DNA from: a virus
DNA length: 64,000 nt
Direction: 5' to 3' (one strand)
IMG/VR virus record: IMGVR_UViG_3300034630_000009
Location: 1 to 64,000 of that record
Under the pieces are notes generated by a model, which was not told where the DNA came from, did no database searches, and worked only from the letters and a program-made list of their open reading frames with translations. Below, piece by piece: positions 56,252 through 64,000 of this stretch. Numbering within the stretch: the first letter of the stretch is position 1; every line of letters begins with the position of its first letter. The translations under genes were made by a program, and so were the position numbers.

Positions 56252-57315
56252 TTGCTGCTCTCACGCCTTTCCCCGGCTCTAAAACCGATTTCAAATATGA
56301 TGGCGTACTTTACCCATCGTTAACGGCTAAAGCCATCTGTGAACCGTTCATGGGTGCGGCGTGTCGTTCGATGATTAACCATCATCTACCGACGACCTTG
56401 GGCGAGATTAATGCAGCCCAACGGGCAATCGCGCTGGCTTTGCACAACCCGCAAGCTTATAGCGACAGTTACAAAGAAGCGGCTGAGCGTTTTTGGGGTG
56501 GCACGAACGGCTACCGCATTCTCGCTTACGCAGGGAGAAAGAAAGCGCAGACGCTTCTTGGTGAAAGAGAGCCGGAGCTTTGCGCCACTCTGACAGTCAA
56601 CTGGCGATCGCTAACTGCTGACCTCTACAGATGGATGTACAGCGAATCAGATTGGAAGCTGGCAGGCTACTACGCTTTTTGTATCCGTGCCTGTTTTGGC
56701 AATGTGATGCGCCTCAATCCCCAAGGGACGCATTTTAATGTTGCTTGGCATATCGATAAGCTGAAAAACGCCTGTGAATACAGCCCTGAACGATGGCTCA
56801 AAGCACTGCAAGCAATTAACTGGAATCCTACTGTGTTGCCTTGTTGGGAGGCAGCGATCGCGGCTGTAGTTGAGCCTGCATCGACGTGGTTGTTGCTTGA
56901 CCCTCCTTATTGGGTACCGGGCGATCAGGAAAAAATGACACCGTGTTACCCAGGACACTCGATCGGTACTAACGGGGCGCACGAAGAGACATTTAGGTTG
57001 GCTGTTGACTCGTTGCAGGCAGGCTTAGAGCGCGGGTTTAGTCAGATTACCGTTTGCAATTATCACTCAGACAAGCTTGATGCTGCGCTGACTGCGCTGA
57101 TGCAGGACGCAGGGTACAGCTACAAAGCGGTGTTGATGGGTGAATGCAAAGCTTTGGGCAACAGCAACGGGCGCTACAAGCATGGGCAGCGGGTAGACAA
57201 GCGCGATCGCCCTGTCGAGATGATCTACCAGGTTGAACGACAGCAGCGATCGTACTGGCAGGGTTTGAGCACGTCGCAGAGAAGTGAGCAGTTAAGTTTG
57301 CTGGAGGTTGCTTGA
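56248..57315 (+). CDS. DNA adenine methyltransferase (Dam/D12-like)
   Basis: FPGSK, EPFMGA (motif I), LDPPY (motif IV). Confidence 0.85.
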   Translation: MIAALTPFPGSKTDFKYDGVLYPSLTAKAICEPFMGAACRSMINHHLPTTLGEINAAQRAIALALHNPQAYSDSYKEAAERFWGGTNGYRILAYAGRKKAQTLLGEREPELCATLTVNWRSLTADLYRWMYSESDWKLAGYYAFCIRACFGNVMRLNPQGTHFNVAWHIDKLKNACEYSPERWLKALQAINWNPTVLPCWEAAIAAVVEPASTWLLLDPPYWVPGDQEKMTPCYPGHSIGTNGAHEETFRLAVDSLQAGLERGFSQITVCNYHSDKLDAALTALMQDAGYSYKAVLMGECKALGNSNGRYKHGQRVDKRDRPVEMIYQVERQQRSYWQGLSTSQRSEQLSLLEVA

Positions 57316-57626
57316 TGGACAAACTCACTAAGGGAAACGCGATCGCAGGCTTAACCGTGATCAAGCATTCCAAGTCTGGAAATCCCCTGTACGACCAGAC
57401 AGGCGTGCTGCAACCAATACCTGACGGGTGCGAGAGCATCTGTCCTGACCAACCCGATCGCGTGGTCTACCGCTGCCCCGGTCGATCGGGTTACTGGGTC
57501 AGCATCTTGTTTGAAAGGCGTGCCAAACCAGAGCATGTCTATCTCCAGGATCTAGAAATTGCACCAAGCAACGAAAAGCGCTCTCAGCCCCCTGAAAGCG
57601 CTCAAGCAGTAACATCTAATCTCTGA
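57312..57626 (+). CDS. Hypothetical protein
   Basis: Coupled ORF with GGAGG. Confidence 0.55.
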   Translation: MMDKLTKGNAIAGLTVIKHSKSGNPLYDQTGVLQPIPDGCESICPDQPDRVVYRCPGRSGYWVSILFERRAKPEHVYLQDLEIAPSNEKRSQPPESAQAVTSNL

Positions 57627-57630
57627 GATT

Positions 57631-58467
57631 ATGCCGTATAAACTTCAAACCGCCGAAAGTATTGAAAACTACGATCGCAAAAAAGCAACGGCGATCGCCA
57701 TTTTGAAGCAACGCGCCAACACGTTGTATGGGCTACCTGTCGATCGCTTTGCCCGTAGCTGTGGTATCAGGCTCAACAAAACGTACAAGCCGAGCACGCC
57801 CTGGAGTCGTCGTTGGAGCAAGCAGCTTAAGAGTTTTGTAGCGGCGCTGACCGCCGATGGCACGATCGTGGTACAGAAAACATTTCCACTTATAACTAAC
57901 GAACCTTATCGGGTTTATTTGGCTGGCACACAACCGCCGTTTCAGATGCTGCGGAGCTACACCAGCTACAAACGAGCGCAAGGACGTGAGAGAGAAGCTC
58001 TGCCAATCCACCCTCGCTCTCTCAGGGCTGATGACCTGCAACCCAAAGAAAAGAGCATCAAACAAGCGTTGTTACAGCTAACGGAGAATGACTACGACTG
58101 GCGGAGTGTGAGCGCGATCGACGCTTTGTTGTTGGACGAGAAAATAGCAGATTACGTCATACGAGGAAGCCTTTGCCGCATTTGTCAGCATTTAGCCGCG
58201 ATCGGCGTCTTCCAACGGCAATATTTTGGCAAGGATTTAAGCTACCGCCGCACACCTGACAATGAAAAGCATTTTGACATTGGTTGTCAGGTCATCACGC
58301 TACCGGGTACCCCTTCTGAGAAATACGGCATCGTACAGGCTGTACAAGATCACCCTCTGTATCCGACCGTGCAGCAACTTACGGTGGCGTGGGAAGACGG
58401 GACCCGATCGCTCACCAGCAATGAACTAACTTATGTTTGCGTCACAGCGGAGGAGCAATCAGCATGA
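57631..58467 (+). CDS. Hypothetical protein
   Basis: 278-aa ORF. Confidence 0.6.
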   Translation: MPYKLQTAESIENYDRKKATAIAILKQRANTLYGLPVDRFARSCGIRLNKTYKPSTPWSRRWSKQLKSFVAALTADGTIVVQKTFPLITNEPYRVYLAGTQPPFQMLRSYTSYKRAQGREREALPIHPRSLRADDLQPKEKSIKQALLQLTENDYDWRSVSAIDALLLDEKIADYVIRGSLCRICQHLAAIGVFQRQYFGKDLSYRRTPDNEKHFDIGCQVITLPGTPSEKYGIVQAVQDHPLYPTVQQLTVAWEDGTRSLTSNELTYVCVTAEEQSA

Positions 58468-58949
58468 GAACACTACTTGACGCGCTTTATGCTGGCATTC
58501 CTGCCGCTGATCACGAGTGCTTGACTTTACTCCTGAAGCACCCGCTCATTCGCCGGGAGGCAAAGCATCATTTTGAAGCAGGGAGTCGATCGCTCCGGGG
58601 TCAACGAGAAGGATTGAGACGGGCGATCGCGTACCTCAGCATTCAAATCAGTCCGTTAGCTGAACAACGGGGCAGGCAAAAAGGGCAGAGACCAGCCAGC
58701 GCACCAAAGACAAAAGCTTTGATCACTCGGTTGCGCTCAGAAAACCGCTGGCTGTTGTCGAGTGAATTTACCAAAGAAGAGCGATCGCTGCTTGGCTCCG
58801 CTGTTTATCGCCAGCTTGTAGTCAAACGGAGGCACGCGGGTAGCACGCGGTTGCAAGAGTATGGGTTGCCTGCATGGGTAGAGACGGAAGGAGCGATCGG
58901 GTTGGAGGTAGTAGTGGCAGGAGTTGAGTCTCAGGAGGTTTCCCCATGA
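58464..58949 (+). CDS. Hypothetical protein
   Basis: ATGA coupling with GGAGG upstream. Confidence 0.55.
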   Translation: MRTLLDALYAGIPAADHECLTLLLKHPLIRREAKHHFEAGSRSLRGQREGLRRAIAYLSIQISPLAEQRGRQKGQRPASAPKTKALITRLRSENRWLLSSEFTKEERSLLGSAVYRQLVVKRRHAGSTRLQEYGLPAWVETEGAIGLEVVVAGVESQEVSP

Positions 58950-59235
58950 AACTTACCTACTACCCCACCTACCCTCCGTTCCATCTCAAGCTGTCGCGGC
59001 TAGCGCTGCTCTGGCAAAGAGAGCACGCGGCTCAGTCCCCCGTTCAGCGACGGTCGCCATGATGCTAGCCCTGTTAACGGCAATTTCTCTGAGCTTCACT
59101 GTCAAGTCAATGTTTGACCTCGTTGCTGCTACCAAAAGCGCGATCGCGACTCACAAAAAATGCCGCCAACTTGAACGCGAACTAGACCTAGAAACGCAGA
59201 AAGAAACCCTGGAAACGCTCTATCGCAGGTACTGA
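58924..59235 (+). CDS. Hypothetical TM + coiled-coil protein (start uncertain)
   Basis: Hydrophobic MMLALLTAISLSF segment. Confidence 0.4.
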   Translation: MSLRRFPHETYLLPHLPSVPSQAVAASAALAKRARGSVPRSATVAMMLALLTAISLSFTVKSMFDLVAATKSAIATHKKCRQLERELDLETQKETLETLYRRY

Positions 59236-59540
59236 TGATGTCTAAACGTTACTCAAAACCCATGCTCAAGCTCTTGCACAGATTAGGTAACTTCTTAGCA
59301 AGGCACGATCGCCTGCGTGTCATCCTCGACGACCAAAGCGGGTCGGTCTACCTGGAGCGCTATTTCTTGCTGTTTCAGGGTCGTAAAGATGGACAAAACA
59401 GCAGCAACATTCAAGAACCACCTTTTAATCTACTGCTCGTTGCCGTTCCTGTGCCTGTGCGATCTGCTCAGCCATCCATAGCCTTGTCTCTTCCTCCGTG
59501 CGGAAGCGCCGAATCGCTCCCAGCACAGGGAACCACTTGA
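59235..59540 (+). pseudogene. Probably truncated phage protein (YLERYFL family)
   Basis: Family-like sequence ends at PFNLLL, exactly where the convergent gene 59425-59742 stops. Confidence 0.45.
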
Positions 59541-59742
59541 TATAAGCCGTAAAGGGAAGGGCAAGGATCGGATCGTGGCTGTAGTGCCCAAGCTTCTTCC
59601 CCGTTTCATCAAACACATCAGTCCACTTCCGTCGATCGCTGTCCGCCGCAAACCGTACTATAAGCCGCTCCGTCATGACATCAACCGCCCAGGTATGCGG
59701 GTGTTTATTAAAGTCCAAAAGCTCACAAATGCGTATACCCAT
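59425..59742 (-). CDS. Hypothetical protein
   Basis: Downstream of the HTH gene on the same strand. Confidence 0.55.
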   Translation of the reverse strand: MGIRICELLDFNKHPHTWAVDVMTERLIVRFAADSDRRKWTDVFDETGKKLGHYSHDPILALPFTAYIKWFPVLGAIRRFRTEEETRLWMAEQIAQAQERQRAVD

Positions 59743-59815
59743 GCTCGCTATATTTTCTCGCTATTCAAATCGCGATCGCACTCTTGAAACGACGGGCGAT
59801 CGCTTTTCTCAATCC

Positions 59816-60052
59816 TTAAGCTGCTACAGACTCTTCGTCAGGAATGTGGACAAGAAAATCACCTGGCTGGACTCTGTAAGCAGCGCAAATTTTATCCATT
59901 ACTGGGGCTGTAGGAACTTGCGTCGGATCGTCATACAGGTTGTACGCCGTGTTTTGAGACACGCCAATATCTTTCCAAAATCTGTATCGACTTTTCCCCA
60001 TGCCATCTACAAGTGGCTTAATGCGATTCCGAATCGCCATACGATCTCTCAC
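59816..60052 (-). CDS. Cro/C1-type HTH regulator
   Basis: SRYRFWKDIGVSQNTAYNL..MDKIC..VQPGDFL. Confidence 0.85.
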   Translation of the reverse strand: MRDRMAIRNRIKPLVDGMGKSRYRFWKDIGVSQNTAYNLYDDPTQVPTAPVMDKICAAYRVQPGDFLVHIPDEESVAA

Positions 60053-60251
60053 CTTGCATCACCTCCTACGCATCTGTTCGTTGTTACTACTCATTATATA
60101 CTGCTTGGGTTGCTATATCAATCCATAACGTATAGAATAAGAGAAGGCAAGGGAAACCGAGCCTGCAAACAGATGCCAGCGCTGCCAGTTTCCGAGGCTT
60201 TCAGCGCTGGCTATCCCCAAGTCATTACGTACTCAGAGGACTGCACTAATT

Positions 60252-60650
60252 ATGGCATTATCCCCTTCTCCTGCGATCGCACCCTCTACCGCATCCCCAC
60301 AGACCGAGATACTCCAGTCTTTAGCCGTAGCCCAACGTGCGGACGAGGCGCTACGAGTTTACCGAAAAGTGGCAGCGCAGCAAGTGATCGAGACGCAGCG
60401 CGTACCAGCAAAGACAACCCCGCAGACGTTTTACATCACAGCGATCCATCCCGATCGACCTGTCGATCAAATCGAGCGCCTCACAATTCTGATGGAAAAC
60501 GAGTGGGAAGACGAGGATGCACTCATCAACCTCGTCACCAATGCATCAGGCTTCCTGGAAGTGATGCAGGCAGTACGTCAGCATCCAGAGTTCCAGAACA
60601 AGCGCTGGTGTTTTCGGGAAAGTTGGGGGGAAGGCGAGTCCCCGTTTTAG
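60252..60650 (+). CDS. Hypothetical protein
   Basis: Divergent from the HTH gene; GAGG RBS. Confidence 0.6.
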   Translation: MALSPSPAIAPSTASPQTEILQSLAVAQRADEALRVYRKVAAQQVIETQRVPAKTTPQTFYITAIHPDRPVDQIERLTILMENEWEDEDALINLVTNASGFLEVMQAVRQHPEFQNKRWCFRESWGEGESPF

Positions 60651-60754
60651 TTTTTCAAAGCGGTCTTCTGAGGCTACCGCTTCGGTTTCTTGTGCGTGTT
60701 CGGGCGTGAGCGACGACGCGATCGCCCCTTCTAATCTTGCAAAATTGAGGTTTT

Positions 60755-61609
60755 ATGCAAAAAATTGACGACCTGCGTGATGCCAACCTGAGTGGTGCCG
60801 ACCTGAGTGGTGCCAACCTGAGTGGTGCCAACCTGAGTGGTGCCAACTTGAGTGGTGCCGACCTGAGTGATGCCAACTTGCGTGGTGCCAACTTGAGTGG
60901 TGCTGACCTGAGTGGTGCCGACCTGAGTGATGCCAACCTGAGTGGTGCTGACCTGAGTGGTGCTGACCTGAGTGGTGCTGACCTGAGTGGTGCTGACCTG
61001 AGTGGTGCTGACCTGAGTGGTGCCAACCTGAGTGGTGCCAACCTGAGTGTTGCCGACCTGAGTGGTGCCAACTTGAGTGGTGCTGACCTGAGTGGTGCCG
61101 ACCTGAGTGATGCCGACCTGCGTGATGCCAACCTGAGTGATGCCAACCTGAGTGGTGCTGACCTGAGTGGTGCTGACCTGAGTGGTGCTGACCTGAGTGG
61201 TGCCAACTTGAGTGGTGCTGACCTGAGTGGTGCCAACCTGAGTGGTGCCAACCTGAGTGGTGCGATCGGTATTGGCGAGCAATCTGAATATGCTGTTGGG
61301 CTGGTGAAACAAATCGCAGAGATTGTGCTAGCCGACAACTCAAAACTACAAATGGATAAAGTGCATGTGTGCGAAACAACTCATTGCTTAGCGGGTTGGG
61401 TTTGCACACTGGATCAAACTGCCAAGACGCTAGAGCCAATTTTTGGTTGGAACGCCGCAGCTTGCTTAGCAGTGCCGATCCCTGCGTTTACAGACTTATT
61501 TTTTGCTGACAACGCCACCGCGATCGCCTTCCTTCAGAAAGTGCAGAGCGGTGCCATTGATTTGAGCCGTAGGACGATCGCGCACAAACTTGACGCAGGA
61601 GAGCAATGA
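60755..61609 (+). CDS. Pentapeptide-repeat protein
   Basis: About 32 A(N/D)LSG units; C-terminal [12 protein letters not shown] domain. Confidence 0.92.
   Translation: MQKIDDLRDANLSGADLSGANLSGANLSGANLSGADLSDANLRGANLSGADLSGADLSDANLSGADLSGADLSGADLSGADLSGADLSGANLSGANLSVADLSGANLSGADLSGADLSDADLRDANLSDANLSGADLSGADLSGADLSGANLSGADLSGANLSGANLSGAIGIGEQSEYAVGLVKQIAEIVLADNSKLQMDKVHVCETTHCLAGWVCTLDQTAKTLEPIFGWNAAACLAVPIPAFTDLFFADNATAIAFLQKVQSGAIDLSRRTIAHKLDAGEQ
60772..61263 (+). repeat. 15-bp tandem repeat GC(C/T)(A/G)ACCTGAGTGGT
   Basis: Near-identical units encoding the pentapeptides. Confidence 0.95.
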
Positions 61610-62427
61610 GCAATTTAGCGACAGTACCAACCAGTGAAGCCTTTCATATCGATCGCGCTCAAGCAATGACGATCACAGAAAAAGTGATTGCTGAAAACGG
61701 CAATTTATATCAATTAACGGGTGGAGAACGCAAGCTTTACTACCTTGCGATGTGCGATCGTTACGGACTTGATCCTTATAGCAACCCTTTTGATTATATG
61801 AAGGGGAAAGACCGCAGCGGCAATCAAATCTTGACGCTTTATCCAAACAAGAAAGCTGCCGAACAATTTGGCTACCGGAAACGTTTGGATGTACGCATTG
61901 TAGAGAAAACAATCACCGACGGCACAGCTATTGTTACCGTTATTGTTACCGATAACAGTCGCGTGATTGAAGAGATTGGTGCTGTCGAAATTACGAGCTA
62001 TGTGAAAGCGGGTGATGCCCTCAAGAAAGCGTTAACACAAGCGAGGCGGCGCGGTATTCTTGCCTTTTGCGGGTTTTCCCCAGACGGGCATGATGACAAC
62101 GCTATCCCTTCTGAAGCGCTTGATCATGGCATTGAAGCCACAGTGGTGGATGCCGCAATTTTGAGCGAACCATCAACGTTCGATCGACAGCCAACAATGG
62201 ACGCGATTACTGCTGGAATAAAGCGCTTGGGATGGTCAAAAAAACAGGGTAGTGAGTATCTTCAGCGAGCCTACGGCAAGCCGACACGCGATCAGTTAAC
62301 CGATGCCGAGTTGACTGATTTTGCTGATTATCTCGAAAGTTTCAAAGCGCAGCCAGAAGTAGCGCAAGCAGAGTCGATCGACGTTGGAAATTCTGCTACC
62401 GCTGATGAATTTCCTGCCTTGGATTAG
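61606..62427 (+). CDS. Single-strand annealing recombinase (RecT/Redbeta-like)
   Basis: [23 protein letters not shown]; C-terminal LTDAEL domain. Confidence 0.65.
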   Translation: MSNLATVPTSEAFHIDRAQAMTITEKVIAENGNLYQLTGGERKLYYLAMCDRYGLDPYSNPFDYMKGKDRSGNQILTLYPNKKAAEQFGYRKRLDVRIVEKTITDGTAIVTVIVTDNSRVIEEIGAVEITSYVKAGDALKKALTQARRRGILAFCGFSPDGHDDNAIPSEALDHGIEATVVDAAILSEPSTFDRQPTMDAITAGIKRLGWSKKQGSEYLQRAYGKPTRDQLTDAELTDFADYLESFKAQPEVAQAESIDVGNSATADEFPALD

Positions 62428-62446
62428 CCCTTTATTCCTGAGAGTC

Positions 62447-62872
62447 ATGGTTAACACGAAGTTTGGTTATGCGAAACGGGCAAGAATTTTAGCAAAGACC
62501 CAAAACCTTTGCTGGTATTGCGGTTGCGGGTTTGATGAATTGACGGACGATCTAAGTAAAGCGCCGTGTCTCGATCACGTCATACCTCAGTCAAGAGGCG
62601 GCACTCATGACGAGGAAAACTTAGTCGCATCATGCCGCCTCTGCAACGCACGTAAATCCAGCAAAAGTCTTGAAGAGTTCAGGTCAAGCCTGTACTGGAA
62701 AAACTCTGCTGAGTATCGAGCCATCTGTCGTCTTGAACAAGCAATGGAAGAAGCGTCAACGCCTTTTGATGCAGAAATTGTTAAGGCGATTGCATACCTG
62801 AAAAGCCAGATTGAGCCAATTGTTTTCTACGGCGAAACACTCACGACGATCGCGGGGAGCACTCAGCCATGA
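62447..62872 (+). CDS. HNH endonuclease
   Basis: CWYCG..LDHVIPQSRGG..NLVASCRLCN. Confidence 0.92.
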   Translation: MVNTKFGYAKRARILAKTQNLCWYCGCGFDELTDDLSKAPCLDHVIPQSRGGTHDEENLVASCRLCNARKSSKSLEEFRSSLYWKNSAEYRAICRLEQAMEEASTPFDAEIVKAIAYLKSQIEPIVFYGETLTTIAGSTQP

Positions 62873-63929
62873 AAACTCATTACGAACGCGAGCGGATTAT
62901 TTGGGATGCAGCACTATCCCCCACCGAAAAGCTGTTTTTACTTTGCCTGAATAGCTTTGTTGATTCTAAGGGTGAGTGTTTTCCTGGCAAGGAGACGATT
63001 TCGCAAATGTGTGGTGTTGACGTGCGAACGGTGACACGCATAGCACAGAGGCTCATAGAAGCTGGTGTGCTTTCAAAAGACTCCAGACGTTTAGGCAGCA
63101 GACAACAATCAAATCTTTACCGTATTCGGTTTTCTGCTATTCCGCAAAGCGCTCAAAAACCACAGATCGAAGCTGTTGATTTTCAGCAGGACATTGCGTC
63201 CAAAACTCAGCAGGACAATTTGTCACCCTCAATCAATTCTCAGCAGGACATTCGATCCACTTCAGCAGGACATTCGATCCACTTCAGCAGGACACTGTGC
63301 CACCCGATCTATCCATTGATCTATCCATTGATCTATCCAGAGAGAAAAGAGAGCGCTCCCCCGAGGTTGAACGATCGCAATCCGAACCAGTAACCCCACA
63401 GTTACCCGCTCCGAGTAGTCATGCAACCGAACCTCCCGCAGCGAGTAGCGCTGGCTCAGAGGCGAAAAATACTGCCCCGAATTTTCCGAAAAAAGAAAAA
63501 TTGAGAGATCCGATGGGCGATCGCCTTCGTGCTGGAGCCAACGTGCATCGCTATCCGGCGTTAGTCGAAGCTGGCTTTGGCGCTGTGTGGGTTGGTCCTG
63601 GGTTCCGTGATTTTGCTCCTGATGTTGTGAGGGCTGCGTGTCGTCATAAGGCTAAAAACAACTTGCCTGACGAGTACGCAGACGGACAGACCTACATTGC
63701 CAACGCTATCCGCGACGAAAACTGGGCAGCGATCGAGATGCTTGTAACGGCTGTAGAAACCCAGTCGAAGCTATCATCTGCCCCCGCCTATGAAGTCCTG
63801 CCGATCGAGCCACTTCCAGACCGGGACCCACCCCCCACGCCAGAGCAAGCCGCGCAGAAGTTGGCTCACATCAAAGCTCTGATTGCCAATGCCAACAAGC
63901 CGAAGGAATCAGCCCATGCAAGCCACTGA
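62869..63929 (+). pseudogene. Replication initiator (N-terminal HTH) split by a frameshift in the iteron region
   Basis: LSPTEKL..CFPGKETIS..RTVTR..L..G..SNLY in 62869-63393; C-terminal part 63285-63929 in another frame. Confidence 0.75.
63183..63339 (+). repeat. Probable origin iterons: TCAGCAGGACA x5 including a 22-bp tandem; GATCTATCCA x3
   Basis: CAGCAGGACA at 63184, 63208, 63241, 63263, 63285. Confidence 0.85.
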
Positions 63930-64000
63930 CCGCAACGAACTATTGCGCCTTGCCGATCGTAAGCAGCCGCAGAATATCGACGCTGAAGAAGCCATTATTG
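63916..64000 (+). CDS. dnaB: Replicative DNA helicase N-terminus (cut off by window end)
   Basis: MQATDRNELLRLADRKQPQNIDAEEAII matches the DnaB PQNxxAEEAxLG start. Confidence 0.75.
   Translation, partial: MQATDRNELLRLADRKQPQNIDAEEAII

Larger units (their letters stand above)
1..64000. mobile_element. Cyanobacterial temperate phage/prophage (partial; ends not in window)
   Basis: Terminase, portal, capsid, tail, repressor, recombinase and replication genes in phage order; dense HIP1 GCGATCGC. Confidence 0.95.

Noticed and set aside
60174-60212. Hairpin GCCAGCGCTG/CAGCGCTGGC as an ncRNA
   Set aside because: A single stem in a 5' leader with no further support
59675-60709. 344-aa plus-strand ORF
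   Set aside because: Overlaps a clear HTH gene and 60252-60650; composition is not protein-like
60772-61263. CRISPR-like array
   Set aside because: Contiguous 15-bp units with no spacers; they encode pentapeptide repeats
60655-61439. Three long minus-strand ORFs
   Set aside because: Shadow frames of the stop-free tandem repeat
31040-62410. Hammerhead cores at CTGATGA occurrences
   Set aside because: Those inspected lie in or at the edge of coding regions, without matching GAAA and stems

Overview
The window is part of a temperate, long-tailed (siphovirus-like) phage or prophage of a cyanobacterium. The host call rests on abundant HIP1 GCGATCGC octamers, STRR-like heptamer runs, and cyanobacterial-type pilin, SigF-like sigma and DnaB sequences. 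1-30.8 kb (minus strand) is the morphogenesis region: sigma factor, TerS/TerL, a 1884-aa portal-MuF-effector fusion, protease/scaffold, capsid, neck, tail tube, frameshifted chaperones, tape measure, tail tip and fibres, plus an embedded type IV pilin. 31-48 kb is accessory: a paralogous tail-tip cassette, a second pilin, a membrane/ATPase/M23 operon, repeated two-gene cassettes, Rha and a lipoprotein. 48.6-64 kb holds the regulatory, early and replication genes (XRE repressor, Dam-like MTase, pentapeptide protein, recombinase, HNH, a split replication initiator and the start of DnaB). The strongest unannotated signal is a pair of twister self-cleaving ribozymes (about 49241-49307 and 49583-49636) bracketing a 71-aa ORF in the transcript divergent from the repressor. 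Double cleavage would excise a 334-nt RNA that could be circularised. Other highlights are R-x-D motifs at the junctions of the portal polyprotein, a sigma factor lacking region 4 together with a recurring RGGAAY motif upstream of late genes, and an iteron-copy frameshift in the initiator gene. All family assignments come from reading motifs by eye; no database searches or folding programs were run. No integrase, tRNA, rRNA or CRISPR array was seen.
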